Source: Octopus vulgaris
Lineage: Eukaryota
DNA length: 64,000 nucleotides
Assembly (NCBI GenBank): GCA_951406725.2
Contig: OX597822.1
Location: 8,556,001-8,620,000 of the forward strand
Direction: 5' to 3'
Shown here one piece after another: positions 16,459-30,622 of the stretch. The notes below the pieces were generated by a model. It made no database searches. It was given only the letters and a program-made list of their open reading frames with translations, and was not told the origin of the DNA. The position numbers were made by a program, and so were the translations under genes. The stretch's first letter is position 1; each line of letters opens with the position of its first letter.

Positions 16459-18261
16459 ATAATTTGATCTAGATATAAATGCATATGTCATGCGCGTGTG
16501 TGTGTGTAGGCGTGTAACTGTGTGTGCGTATCTGTGTGTGTCTGTGTGCGAGTGTGTGTCTATATGTGAGTGTTTGTATGTAAGAGACAGAGAAGTTTAA
16601 TCTTCTTAGAATGTGTACCATATATATCTCCGAGAGTTACCAACTTATTTTCTTTTTTAATTTCAAACCCTGTCCTTTTTGCGGTGCTCTCAGATTATCG
16701 TTTCCGTGGTGATAGATTTGTTTCTTCTATGGACTACCTTTTACATTGCATGTATTTTCCTTATTACTACACAGTGATATGAGTAAGTAGCGCAACGCAT
16801 ATATCGCGTGGATTAAGACTATACCAAAAGATTTATTCCATAGAGAAACAGCTTGTAAGTTTCATCTCGACAAAAATTTCACTTACGTTCTTCTATCTAC
16901 GAGTTACCCACACGTAATCTAGACCTTACGTGAAAACTCTATTACGTTTCCTGAATTGAGAGTGACAAAGCCCTCTCTAATCGGCACATACACATCTCAA
17001 ATCTCTCAGCTGCAGACGAACTCTAAAACCACTCAGCAACACAAAAAGAATAGTCCATAGGCAAAGAGCACCTTAAACTACTAGAGATGTTTGGATTGTC
17101 TATCACTGTGAAAATCGGAGGGAGAAAACACTCAATGGACCTCACGAGGACTCTATCATAAATTTGAACATTCCCTATATCTACTGAGTAAATATATTTA
17201 TGCATTGAATTTTCCGAAACACACAGGCAAATTGCTGGTATAGGTACTCTATAAACCTCACACGTTCGCTTTAGCTATTAGCTAGAATGTGCGAGTAGCA
17301 AACACCGTTCCATATTCCAGACGCTCGGATATATTCTGAAGTAGAGTCAACGTGAGATTGTGCTTAATAATATTCAAACATGATTTAGATTTTCACATAT
17401 CAAACAAGTTTCTCTAAATGTTCATCAACCCAGTTTCATTTAGAAGGTATTGGTCAATCCACAACTACAGAAAATACTCTTAGCCCGATGTGATGCACTG
17501 TAATCAAAGTTGAGACAAGATGATTGTTGAGTGTTCTGCTTAACCATACAAACATTCTGTTCATACATGTACACAAGTACGCGTGCTCACAAACATACAA
17601 GTACGCACATAGAAGCATACACACACATATACGCACATATATAGGCAAAATAATATCTTTCACTCCAACACACAAACAGCTCAATAAACATTGAAACATT
17701 CGGCCCGATACCTCACAGCATATCCATTTTGAGCAAAAACCAATGAAACTGGCATTGAAATATACTGAGTAAAAATATTGAGCAATGAAACTCAAATGAC
17801 AACTGAAATCCTCAAATGAAAATGATTTGTTGTGTTCACTTACAGAGCACGTGACAAACTTATTAAGGACAGACATATATATATATATATAAATTGGGAC
17901 AATATTTCAACTGTGAAAAAAACACATTACTTTTTCTTTATAAATTTTAATATATACCTTTAAATGAAATGGATGCAGCAGAGATTACATCCACGAAACC
18001 AAATCCACCTTAAGAATGAGATTGCCGATTCAATAACAACCAATACCAGGACTAGACAAATCTTATTCAGTGAAGATTTGAACGGAGGCAAAGGACCCAA
18101 TCCTCACATATTTTTTCTCTTCCCTCTTTATCAAACCACATAAATTTCCACAGATCAAATACTAATAAACAAGGGAACTTCGTTTATTTAAAAGGATAAG
18201 CTTGGGATGAAGAGGCTATAGAAAAAAAATCAATAATATAGAACTAAACTTTTGCTACGAG

Positions 18262-18697
18262 ATTTACTTGTCAGTTGTTTGAACTTAACTAGTTGAGCAT
18301 GACCCTTATTGGCTCACGATATGTGCATCTCTGATTACGAGCAGAAGTAGTGGCGGAGCATCATAGCCATGTGTTGAGAAGGATTCTTTGGGGTTTGAAT
18401 AATTTACCTCTGGAAACATGGGTGTTTCTTTCAACATCCTTAAACAACCCTTATTCAGGGACCTTTTGAGCGGGATAGGTTACTCGACCAGAAGAAAATT
18501 CTAGCTGAGCCCCACCTGCAAGGTCAAGCGCTGTTTATCTTGATATGAGATCACCATGTCGCGCACATATAGTTGTGATGCATGTGCCTAGTGTACCCTT
18601 ATCAGACGTAGCCATGATGGGTGTACTGGATTTCGTATATTTTACCCCAGTGTCACTTTGATGGCATGCACTGATCTCTCACTCAATAATAATAATA
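18262..18697 (+). mobile_element. Interspersed retroposon (SINE or LINE 3' end) with an (AAT)n tail
   Basis: GC-richer block with sharp edges ending CTCTCACTCAATAATAATAAT. It resembles a repeat I recall from octopus DNA, but this is unverified. Confidence 0.55.
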
Positions 18698-18962
18698 GAA
18701 GATGTGCATAAATCTATGAGGGTATAGTGTAAAGAAATAAACGCTTTCAGTAGCGTACAGGGTATCATATTAGTATAAATAATACAGTTTGTCAGATGAA
18801 ATGGAAGTATTTATGTTTGCTTATTTATGTATGGGTGCAGGAAGTCATCAGTTTTTCCATCGAAGTAAAGTGAAATGAAATGAAATAAAATATTTATAAC
18901 GTAATATTTAATAAGCTGTCTAGCGTTTGGTAATGCAACTGATTGTATGGTGTTGATAAATA

Positions 18963-19038
<76 letters not shown>

Positions 19039-19045
19039 CTATCTA

Positions 19046-19088
<43 letters not shown>

Positions 19089-20519
19089 TAATATATATAT
19101 ACATTAATATATAGGTATGCTAACAGTGGATAATACGAACGTACTCTTGTGAACTATTGTAGTAATATCCTCTATGTATCGTGTCATTTTATTGTCATAG
19201 AGTTCAGGGAACTTAGGCGCCAACTATAAATTATGTATAGACTCACACATATACATACAATTTACATGATGAGTACAAGTATTCTTCGAATATATCATAG
19301 CTGTGCGTCAATAGCAATATGTGTATACCTACATGTAGTTTGTCGTATTTTTACATATATGTGTAAATGTATCTATATACACAATCTTTGTAATGTTCTG
19401 AATTATTTTATCTATACCTTTAATATTCATTCTTTCTACTTTTTGTCTTCGAGTCATTCGCAGTTTCTCCTGCAATATATATGTTAAGCATTCCTATTTC
19501 ACTTGTTATATGTCTGTCGTTATTATCAACCAAAGGCATCGATTGCTTATGTAATATACGACATAGAATCCCCACGTAGATTTTGCAAGATTCGTATACT
19601 TACAATATATACGGCAGATTACCTCGGTGTAGTATGTCAACGTGTATTTCACTGTATTTTCAATTCCTTTTACATACACTTCTATTGAAATATGTAATAT
19701 AATGATATGCATTTTTCTTTTTAATTCTGAATACATCCCTGTTGCTATGATTTCAAACTATCATTTTTGTGGCTATAAAATTTGTATCATCTGTGAAATA
19801 CATTTTATATTTGATTTCTTTTCTTTGCATATACAATCCTCCATTACATTTCACTACAATAACGTTCCGTTATGGAGCGTATCACGATATCTGTTTCGAT
19901 AAGCATTGCATGTATTTTCCATATTACTATACATCGACATGATCAAGAAACCAAACGCTTCTAGGGAATTAAATAGTACCATGGCGAAACAAATATTCCA
20001 TAGCGGCAGATCTTACCACGTGTCACGCTAGCATTGATATTATGTTGTATAAAGTTTCATCGGGAAAGGATGCCAATCTATAATATGTAAAATTTCTATT
20101 GCAGAAACTGAACTGCAACTATTAAAAAAATCGTATTATGTAACTGAGTACGCTAAGGATAATTGCCACTTCACATTCAGTTTCGAATGGAGGGCTTTCT
20201 AACGACGTATTCTCCAATACGTTTGGCAACATTTATATAAAGAAATTCAATATTCAACAGCTCCCAAAGAACAATATTTATAAACATTCCAATTTAGGAT
20301 TACACAATATATATTATTGTATATAAAGTGGGTGAGGGTGCGTGGTTTGGTGGTTAGGTTGTTCAACTCGTAACCATAATGTCAATTTCCTGGACGTGAC
20401 GGTGTGGTGTGTTATTAAATATATATATTTATCTACGAGTACATTCGTATATATATTCATACATACAACCACACATTAAAACGCGCACCTGCACGCATAT
20501 ATATATATATATATATATG

Positions 20520-20584
<65 letters not shown>

Positions 20585-20585
20585 C

Positions 20586-20654
<69 letters not shown>

Positions 20655-21100
20655 CATATACATATATACATATTTATATATTTATATATATGCATGTAGG
20701 CGTGTATCTATGAATGTGTATATTTGCATGCGGAAAAGGAAATTTAATACTCACTTTTTATCGTACCTACCTTTATAACCACGAGCAAAATATGATTACA
20801 AAATTTGCTAAAAACTGCTGAAAGACGAAAGCAAAGACAAAATATTCTAGAATGATCCGAATGCCACCGAATCTGAAAATATCTTCCGTCTTACAGAATT
20901 TATTCAGCACTGATATGTATTACTTCAATGATGATTAATCTCCTTAATAAACCAAATCTTTTGTTTCAGCTCAACATGAAGCAAAATCTAGATTTCCAAC
21001 CATTTCGGTTTTAATCTAGAGATGCTTTGTAGAAAAAATTCTAGACACTAGAGAACATGTTATTCAATTTAGCAGGAGAATGATAAATATGTTATTAAAT

Positions 21101-21951
21101 ACGTTTAAATATTTGTTGTGCAAGATTTTTTATGTAAAATCGTGTGTTGAAACAGATATTGTTATATTTCGGAATGGTCATTTTGCCAGTTTAGCCAATA
21201 AAAACACACGCACTATATATTTGGTGTTACTTTGCTTCAGTGTTATTTATTTTTTACATTAATCTTAATCTTATTTCGGCCAGGGTTCTTTCGTCACACT
21301 CCTGTGACCGCATCAGTGGTCCTTTGTTTTCTTCTTTCTTATTTGTGTCTCTCCTTACTAACCGTCAGCCATTTTGTATTTCTATTGTATGTCTTCATTT
21401 GTGCATGCTTATATCTCTATGTGCGTTTATGTTTATTTAGTGTGTGTATGTGGGGGATGCCTGTAATATTTGTATCTTCTGTTTATATATGTTCATGTAA
21501 TTTGTAATTTTATATGTTCATGTAATTTGTATTTTGTTTTTGTTGTTTTTGTTTATTCTGATTTTGCTCATGTGTTCACATCCACCTATTATTATCATTA
21601 CATATGCTTGTGTGTATGTATGTATAACAACAATACTAGTAACAATAATAATAAATTGAATCGAAAAGAAAAATCGAAAAAAAAAACGCACATAGAGATA
21701 TAAGCATGCGCAAATGAAGACATACAATAGAAATACAAAATGGCTGACGGTTAGTAAGGAGGGACACAAATAAGAAAGAAGAAAACAAAGGACCACTGAT
21801 GCGGTCACAGGAGTGTGACGAAAGAACTCTGGCCGAAATAAGATTAAGATTAATGTAAAAAATAAATAACACTGAAGCAAAGTAACACCAAATATATAGT
21901 GCGTGTGTTTTTATTGGCTAAACTGGCAAAATGACCATTCCAAAATATAAC
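21101..21951. mobile_element. Non-autonomous PLE-type insertion with ~273-bp inverted arms and a 15-bp target-site duplication
   Basis: Arms 21156-21428 and 21684-21956 are nearly identical inverted copies. AATATGTTATTAAAT occurs at 21086-21100 and 21952-21966. Each arm carries an HHR-like motif. Confidence 0.85.
21790..21834 (+). ncRNA. Hammerhead-like motif with an A9-to-C core variant (mirror copy at 21278-21322, minus strand)
   Basis: GGACCA-CTGATGC-G-GTCAC-AGGAGT-GTGAC-GAAA-GAAC-TC-TGGCC. Confidence 0.65.
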
Positions 21952-22099
21952 AATATGTTATTAAATGTTTCCTTTTAATTTCACACTAAGCAAAGTCATG
22001 CAAAGCCTCAAGAGGGTGCGTATCATCAATGATAGCTAAAATCATGAGCTATCTCCCATTGGTTTTGTCGGTTAGTTTTTAAGGTAGAGTTCTTTTTTA

Positions 22100-23287
22100 T
22101 ATCAGGCTGAGTAAAAAATAACAGGCGTTTAAAAACATGAAATTCATCACAATACATTTCAACAATGCGAACATTTTTCAGCAAAGTAAATACCATTACA
22201 ATCAACACATCTTTGCCAAAGAGTTACAAACTTGTTTATTCCGGTAACATAAGAATAATTCTGCAGTTGATGAATTCTTTGAACACTCCTTCGGCGTCGG
22301 TTTGATTTTTGAGATCCTTCTCTCGCTGGAAACCAAAATTGGTAGGCGGTAGGAGAAAGTTCTGGGGAATAAGTTGGGTGGGGGAGAACTTCGTAGCCAA
22401 GTTCCTTCAACTTTTGGAGCGTCATTAGTGAAACGTGTGGTCGAGCATTGTCATGACAAATGATTGGCCCTCTTCTCTTGACCAATCTGGGACGGAGGAG
22501 TAACAGTTTTTCGTTCATTTTAGCAATTGCACGGCAATATGTTTCTATAGCAATGATTTTTCTGGGTTTACAAAAGTTATAGTGGATGAGTGCAGCAGTT
22601 CACCACCAAACAGTCACCATAACTTTCTTTTTGAAGAGCTGAAATTTAGGCAAGGTTTTCGGTTTTTCCTTTTGGTCCAATCACTGCGAAGAACGATTTT
22701 TATTATTGTGCAGAATCCACTTTTCATTGCAGCATTTACAATACGGTCGCGAAATGGATTGGTCTGGTTACGGAGAAGCAAATCTCATATCTGCACATTT
22801 TCTGATTTTCATTTAAATCGTATGGTATATATTTGCCAAGGATTTTTATTTTCTCTTTGCATGCAAATGGTTTCAGGCAGTTTTCTGGCTAACTTGAAGT
22901 TCTTTTGATAGTTCTCGAGAGGTTTTACGTGGGTCTTTCTCATCGATGACAGATGGCCGTCTACTACGCTCCCGATCTTCAAGGTTCAGGTCTCCACTGC
23001 GAATTCGTTTAAACCATTTTCGAGCTGACCACTCACTGGTCATTTTCTCACCAAACGTTTCCCTGATATCGCGAATAGTTTCGGCTGCTTTACGTTAGCT
23101 CGAATATCGCACTTTGAGCGGTCTATTTCAGATGATTGTAACAACGGGGAAAAATTATCAATGTTAATCTATCATTTGTATTATCAGAAAATTTCAAAAA
23201 ATGTTTTAAAATATTAAAAACTCTACAAAATTCCGGCAAAAACTTTTCATAGTTCAAAACGTTACTTGCTTTTTAATTAATCTGATA
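22100..23287 (-). mobile_element. Decayed mariner (D,D34D-type) transposon
   Basis: IICHDNARPHVS...EVLPHPTYSPELSPTAY in ORF 22159-22518. Degenerate TA-flanked TIRs TATCAG.../...CTGATA. Confidence 0.9.
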
Positions 23288-23469
23288 ATTCAGCAAAAAT
23301 GATGTGATATATAACCACATATATGTGTAAGGCCACTACTCCATGCGATTACTCAGACTTCACTACTGGTCACTGCAATAGACTGATCTTGTACGTCTTG
23401 TGAGATTGATGTGACAGCATAATGATGTCATATAATGATGTGTGAGACGCATCAAGAGAATAAAGATAA

Positions 23470-24143
23470 GAAGGAAGAGAAGAAATGTTCATCTCCCAAA
23501 AGAATCGAAGTTTCGTCGGGGCAGCAGTCGTCACAATGAAAGAACTCTTCACTTCCACGAGCGACGAAGGCACGACAGAGCCGCAGCGTAATCAATTGCA
23601 ATTCCATAGTTGGTTTTCAACATCCGCTGTATTTAGTATCGAGAATTCGTCCTCCAGGACCAATTCGTCGATGGAGAGTTCCACTGTGGCATTTTGAAGC
23701 GTTTGAGAGATGACATTCGGCGAAAGCAACCGGATCTGTGGAGCACGTAGAAATTGATTCTTCACCACGACAAAGCACACTGCCACCAAGATCTACTCAC
23801 TCGACAGTTACTCGCCAAATTCAACATGTTATTGCTTCCTTTTTCGCCATCATATTCGCCAAATTAAGCAACCGCAGACTTGCATCTCTTACTCCACATG
23901 AAAATGCAGCTAAAAGGTCATAGTTTAAACCCTATTGTCGAGTCAAGAGCGAATCGTTGATGGTCCTCGACTCGCCTACGAAAAATGACTTCGAGGCCGG
24001 ATTCCAAAATTAGTAGAAAGGCTGGGACCCGTGCATCGCTGGGCATAGTGACCATTTCGAAAGGGATGATGTTAAACCTAGATAAATAGGCTATTTTTTT
24101 ATGAAACAAACTAGTCCGAAAACGTTTTGAAACCATCTCCTAT
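23470..24143 (+). mobile_element. Decayed mariner transposon, 3' part
   Basis: EFVLQDQ, RKQPDLW and ILHHDKA motifs plus a PSYSPN..TAD remnant. The terminus resembles a mariner TIR. Confidence 0.75.
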
Positions 24144-24762
24144 TTATGTATATGTACAGTTATATTTCAAATAAATATTCCAATGTGATATTATTTTTTA
24201 CTCGCAAATAAACGCATTAATACACAAAACATGCAGAGATATACTCCTCTAATGTTATTATTGTATTTAAAATTTTTCCCAATTCTTCCTGTCATACAAT
24301 TGTATAGAAGTAAATTATCTGCATAGTACAGCATATAAGCCATAGTAATATTTTGTGATTATTTGGAAGCGCTGCTATCAAATTGAAAACATATAATTCA
24401 GTTTAATATTCGTTTTCGCAATCGAATACAATCACGTCACTACCTTCCAAAAACCATATACAGCTCCACATTCGTTAGTCTGGCATACAGAATATAGATA
24501 ATTAGACGATATATTTCTCTTTTCTAGCAGTAGTCCTAATTAGAAGTCTATTATCGGCATTATTCATTGCTATATGGCAACGAATCATCTTCAAATATAA
24601 TAACTTCTCCAGTCATCACCAGTTTCTTAGGCATACTGGAAAAAAAAAAACTCACTGATTCATTCTATGATATTAATACTACATAGCATATAATATAAAT
24701 ATGTACATATGTGTATATCTGAATGTGCGTATGTATGGACGTCGACACATTTGTATTTTGAG

Positions 24763-24917
<155 letters not shown>

Positions 24918-25010
24918 TACAGAGAGAGAGAAACAGACAGACAAACAAACAGACATGTACAAACGCGTATGTCTAGTGCGAAGATGTGTGTAACGGATAT
25001 CGATATCAAT

Positions 25011-25041
<31 letters not shown>

Positions 25042-25231
25042 TTATGTATGTACGTATGTATATATCATTGCGGCTGTCAGCATAATTAGCTAAATTATTT
25101 CCCGTAATTGTGAGGATAATAATTATATATATGTAGCATTTCATTCCCAATCTTTTTCTCTATCACTCCACACGATATGTGTCGCCCACTTAAAATGCAA
25201 ATACATGAATAGATTCACATGTTTATGTGCA

Positions 25232-25286
<55 letters not shown>

Positions 25287-27140
25287 ATGTATGTACATAT
25301 GTGTATTAATTTATGAATGTATGAGTGTATGCATTATTCTACTCGTATATCATATATAATATATACTAATTTTGTGGAATCAGCATTTTGTATTTGCTAG
25401 GTTATTTGTATGTATTCGTAGGAATATCGATAAATCACTGCAGGTATGAAATCATTTAAATATCTTCGTGTGTTGTGGTATAGATTACTTCTTTTTTTGC
25501 TATTTTAAGATTTAAGTTTTATCATTGCTATCTTTGTTTCTTTACAGTTTGTTTCGCACAATTGCGGCTAGGATAAAAGACTTGACTTCACTGCAGTCAA
25601 ATCCCAAATAATAACGTCGCAAGGAATAATTTTAAATTCGCCTCCTCTCTTTGAAAATATTCCTAAGTTAAACATAGCTGGAGAAAGACGATAATGTGGA
25701 CGGAAAAACATTTGTGACAAATTGGACTGCTTTGCTTTGCGTAAAACTGCCCACCAATTACAGTATCGAATTGCAGTGTGGTTGGATTATATTATAGATG
25801 ATTCACATAAGTTGGTCGAATTAGAGAAGTCTTTTATCATGTTACACACTGAGCATGGTCGGAATTCTTACAGATTTGCCCTTATTCTGTGACGCCGTTT
25901 CACAATTTCAATTGAACAATTGATTAGTTTTATTCAGTAAACTTTCATCATGGGTGAACATATTTGCAATAAATTTCCAACGTAAAACGGTAGTGGTGCA
26001 TTCAATGTATTTATCGCCTAAAGGCAAACACTTGCTAGAGACCTCAGCAGAAGTTCTGCATACTTGTAAGAGAGGGTTAATTTAATTACATCGACCCTAA
26101 TGCTTATCTGGTACTTCTTTTATTAATCCAATTTTATTGATCCACAAAATGTAAATATGGCAAAATTCCGCTAAGCATTTTGTAAGGTGTGCTAACAACT
26201 GTCTACTGAAAATTACAGTAAAGCCCTCCATCATCACCACCACCGCTACCACGGCACCGAAAGTAACATATGAGTAAACTTTCTAATTAAAGTCACGTGG
26301 TTTTGAGCACGAGACAACGAAAATAATTTGGTTGTTAGTGCATCTAGTAGAAACTACAATAAGAAATCTTTAACGTTCCAAAATTTATGTAAGCCTCATA
26401 ACATCCGTGATGTGCACCAAGACCGAAACAGAAAAGGATTTAATAGATTTGATATATTTTCATGAGAAAATTATAAACGACGACAATCTCGCCACAGCGC
26501 TTCCTCCTCAGTTTCTGGGGATAGCATCTGTAATCCTACCAGCGTCGATACAGATGTAGTTTGCTCACTGGGTGGTACTACTTATAGGGATAAATCAAGA
26601 AAGAGAAAAAGAGTGAATGAGAGAAACGCCCCTAATTTTTTTTTTTTTTTTCGTTTGTTGAGAAATCATATCAAAAAGAGAAAATTGAAAACATTATTTC
26701 CATGTAATTCCCTGATTATTAAACTTCCACTAGTCGTTGATAATATCATTTCGCCCTTGTTTGAGGCTCCTCAGCACGTCATAACTCGAGATAGTAAAAT
26801 TAGCTCGTCTAAAGTCATTTTCAATGAAATTTAAAGACGATAGGATTTATTTTTAACAAGTGAAAAAAATAGTGAATTTGCAGTTACATCTAATGTTTTA
26901 ACTGTATACTAAACAGAAATCCTCGTTCGTTTGCCCACTTTCTCGTTGCTTCATCCGACGGGATGACTTAGAAACAGTATCTTTCATATCATCTTGCCAT
27001 GACATTTGCTATCAGTTTCTACGGATAACATTAGAAATCCGGCCAGCGTTCTATATGCAAATGGTTGGTTCACTGGAAACTGGTGCTTAAATAGTAATTA
27101 GACATATCTGCATTTTATTGCCACCTTAGTAATATTGCAC

Positions 27141-27355
27141 CTAGGAAGATGCATTATTACTTATGACAATGCCCTGTGGAACATCACTCACTATTTTTGT
27201 TTCTTTAGAGGTGACTCCACTGTCCACCACTATCTCATTTGTACGGTTTAAAAAGTCGATTAGCCACTCTGCAAGTTTTCTGAATATGAAGAGATCATGC
27301 AGATGGTGACATATCATACCATGGACGAAGTTATCAAAGGCATTTGCCAACTCGA
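27141..27355 (-). mobile_element. CR1-like LINE reverse transcriptase fragment
   Basis: LELANAFDNFVHGMICH...LAEWLIDFL...IVSDVPQGIV corresponds to the DFxKAFD and SGVPQG motifs. Confidence 0.8.
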
Positions 27356-27498
27356 GATATATAAATGCATATATTCCTATATATACTACCGAAAGAGGAT
27401 ATTCATATTCTTGCTTGTATATATATATACAGAGAGAGAGAGAGGGAGAGAGAGAGAGAGAGAGAAAGAGGTACAAAGGCAGATAGATAGATAGATAT

Positions 27499-27561
<63 letters not shown>

Positions 27562-28152
27562 CGAATTAGATTTCTAACATGAAACCCATGCTCCTACGTT
27601 AGTGAAATAAACGTGTCTTCATTAAGTCGGCCATATCATGAAAACTGACAATAATTGTATTTGTTTATGTAATCCTTGAATACTACATATACTAATTCAA
27701 AATACTGTTCATATGGATTTGCATTATCCCGACATAATATTTCGATTATTAATAGATAATGTAATGCATATGGGATGTGTACATCATTAAATATATAGTT
27801 TTAGACGCCAGCAATATACTGTCAGTAAAAAGTAAAAAATAAATGCTTGGTGATCTATGGTATGCGGTTATTCTACTACGTACTTTAACTAAATCCTTTT
27901 GATGTTTTCCATCTTATCATCACTAATATAGTGAAATCAATACTCTATTGAATTTTGTTGGCAACCAAAAAAGTAGGAGATTTATGTTTCAATATTCCTC
28001 TTCAAGCGAAATAATGTAACTAATTCCCGAATTTCGGTATGCATAATTCCAGAAAAGTCTACATAAAATACAGATTATAGTTTACTTTGCACTAATAATT
28101 TATCCATTATTCTCCACTTACATATTTGACTGAAATATCTATCATACCAGAA

Positions 28153-28355
28153 AGGTGGCGAGCTGGCAGAATCGTTAATGCGTCGGACAAAATGCTTAGC
28201 AGCATTTAGCCTGTCTTTATGCTGAGTTCAAATTTCGCCGAGGTCGATTTTGCATTTCATCATTTCTGGGTCTATTAAATATGCACTAGTTGAGTACTGA
28301 ATAATCGACTTATCCTCTCTCCTAAGCTTGCTGACCTTCTGCAAACATTTGAAGT
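28153..28355 (+). mobile_element. SINE family B
   Basis: Homologous to 6359-6587. Confidence 0.8.
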
Positions 28356-28369
28356 CAACGTCTATCATA

Positions 28370-28925
28370 CCGAAAGAGACATGGGATCGTGAATGGATCA
28401 GGTTTCTGATCCCTGATTAGAAAAAGTAGAATTTGGTTGACCTGGACGGTTATAAGAATTACTGGACAGATAAAAATTTACAACATTCTATTCATTCCAA
28501 ACGGTAGAACAGCGTAATTTTGTATGGTGTGAGGAGTGATCTCTGCCAATGGGAACTTGCCTCTTGTTATCATGGATAACCATTTCAACATCCATATTTT
28601 GAAAGGGGCTCACCTTGACGTAGAAGGGATATGGTTCTGTGGCGAGAACTTCATAAATCAAAGGGACAACGCTCCTATTCATAGTCCAATTGCAACTATA
28701 GATTTCCTCCCTGCAATTAGGGTTGAAGTCATGGAATGGCCGGCAAGAATTCCCGACCTTATCTTTATAGAGTATGACAAGTATATCTGAAGAACGTTGT
28801 GTACAGCGAAAGCACGTTATATTCATTTGTTGGTGAACTTGAATCTGTTTCCACTTGATCTGAACAGAACTTGATTGGGTACATGAAATCGCATGTTTTT
28901 CAAGTAATTCAGAAAGGTGGCGGTC
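28370..28925 (+). mobile_element. Tc1-like transposase fragment
   Basis: NFINQRDNAPIH...VMEWPARIPDLIFIE matches the Tc1 QQDNAPxH and WPxxSPDLNPIE motifs. Confidence 0.85.
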
Positions 28926-28934
28926 AAACAGACC

Positions 28935-29745
28935 CTTTTTGCTATATTTCTGTGAGAAAATCATTATATTTTTGCGTGAAAATATCATTATATATTTTCC
29001 ATTTTGTTCGATGACCTTTTGACATTTTACTGACAACTTCATGATTCTGCGCTCATAGAAATTCTGGTCTTTATCAGCCAATAACTGGAGCAAGGGTGAT
29101 TTCATGTCATTACCATTATGAAAATGTTTACCATTCAAGGAACTTTGCAAAATTCGAAAGAAATGGTAATCTAATGGTGCAAGGTCAGGGCTATATGGTG
29201 AATGTAACATCACTTCCCAACGAAGCTCCTGTAATTCTGCACGAGTTAGCAAAGATGTGTGAGATTTAACGTTGTCATAGAGGAACATGATTCCTTCATG
29301 ATTTGCCAATTCTTCGCTTGTTTTCTTTAGTTTTACTAGCTGTGGACAGTAAACATCAGAATCGTTCTCTTGGTTCCCTGGATGCAGCTCAAAATACACG
29401 ACACATTTGTAATCCCACCAAATTGACAGCATGTTTTTTTTTTAAATGCAATTCAGCTTTCGATATGTTTCCTGCTACTTCATTACTCTTGAACCATGAT
29501 TGTTTTCGATCGATGTCATTGTAGACAATGCACCTTTCAATTTATGTGGAACGCATGTATCGAGCTCCTTAACGCGTCCAAGACATTTTAAGTGATTCTC
29601 AATTGTTGTGTGCGATACATTTAATCTCTCTGCAATCTCTCGCAAACTTCTATGACAATGAAGTTCAATTATGGCTTTGATTCGGACATCATCAACATCA
29701 TTAGGTTGGCCTTTGAGAAAGAGTGAAAAGCCTCCTCGTCGAAAC
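28935..29745 (-). mobile_element. Mariner transposase pseudogene
   Basis: MLSIWWDYKCVVYFEL...YDNVKSH...WEVMLHSPYSPDLAPLDYHFFR...QKVIEQNGKY, with an HTH (SLREIAERLNVSHTTIENHL) upstream. Confidence 0.92.
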
Positions 29746-30622
29746 AAAACTCCAGAAGAAAACTAAAACTTTCAGAGAGGGACTGTCGGACTCTTACACG
29801 AATTGTTAGAAAGGATCACATCAGTGCAGCTTTCAAACTCACTGCAGACTTTAATGGCCACCTGGAGAACCAAATTTCCACAAAAAAACTGTTCGTCAGG
29901 GGCAGCACGAAGCAGGTTTTCACAGACGGGCTGCAATCAGAAAACCGTTACTTTCAAAAACAAACGTTTCAAAGCATTTAGAGTGAAGTAAAACCCTACA
30001 CAGTTGATCCCTACAGCAGTGGAAGAATGTTATTTTTTCGGACGTATCATCCTTTATCTTATTTCCGACCACCGGCCGAGTATACGTGTAGAGACAGCCA
30101 AAAGAAGCATTTAACCCCGACTGTCTTATTCCAACTGTTAAACATGGAGGAGGATATGTGATGATTTGGTGTGAGGGCTACATCTTGGAAATCCGCCGGT
30201 CCAATGGTTTCCTTTCATGGCAGAACTAATATTCAACATTATTTAAGCATTTTATCTGATCAAATTCATCGTATGGTTGCGGAACTGTTTTTGGAAGTAA
30301 ACGCAATCTTTGAAGATGATAATGCACCAATTCACACACCTAAAATTGTTACTGAATGACACGAGGAACATTCTAGTGAAGTTGAACATGTTATATGGCC
30401 ACCACAGTCCCCAGATCTCAATATCATTGAACACGTATAGTACATTTTAGAAAAACAAGTCGATATCCTCCATCATCATCACTACAAGAACTTGAGACTT
30501 TGTACGAGTCCATACCTTGAAGATTTCAAGCTATAATTACTGCCAAAGACCGTCTTATTACATATTAAAATAAATTTCTTTCAAATTTTAAGGTGTTTGC
30601 ATTATATTGTCCAACCCCTATG
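29745..30622 (+). mobile_element. Tc1-like transposon, 5' truncated
   Basis: WKNVIFSDVS, PTVKHGGGYVMIW, IFEDDNAPIHT and WPPQSPDLNIIE motifs, with a TIR-like end TTGTCCAACCCCT. Confidence 0.92.

Noticed and set aside
28488-29432. 314-aa ORF as a SETMAR-like host gene
   Set aside because: It is a partial mariner transposase running on into the antisense of a Tc1 fragment. It lacks the N-terminus, the first catalytic Asp region and any SET domain.
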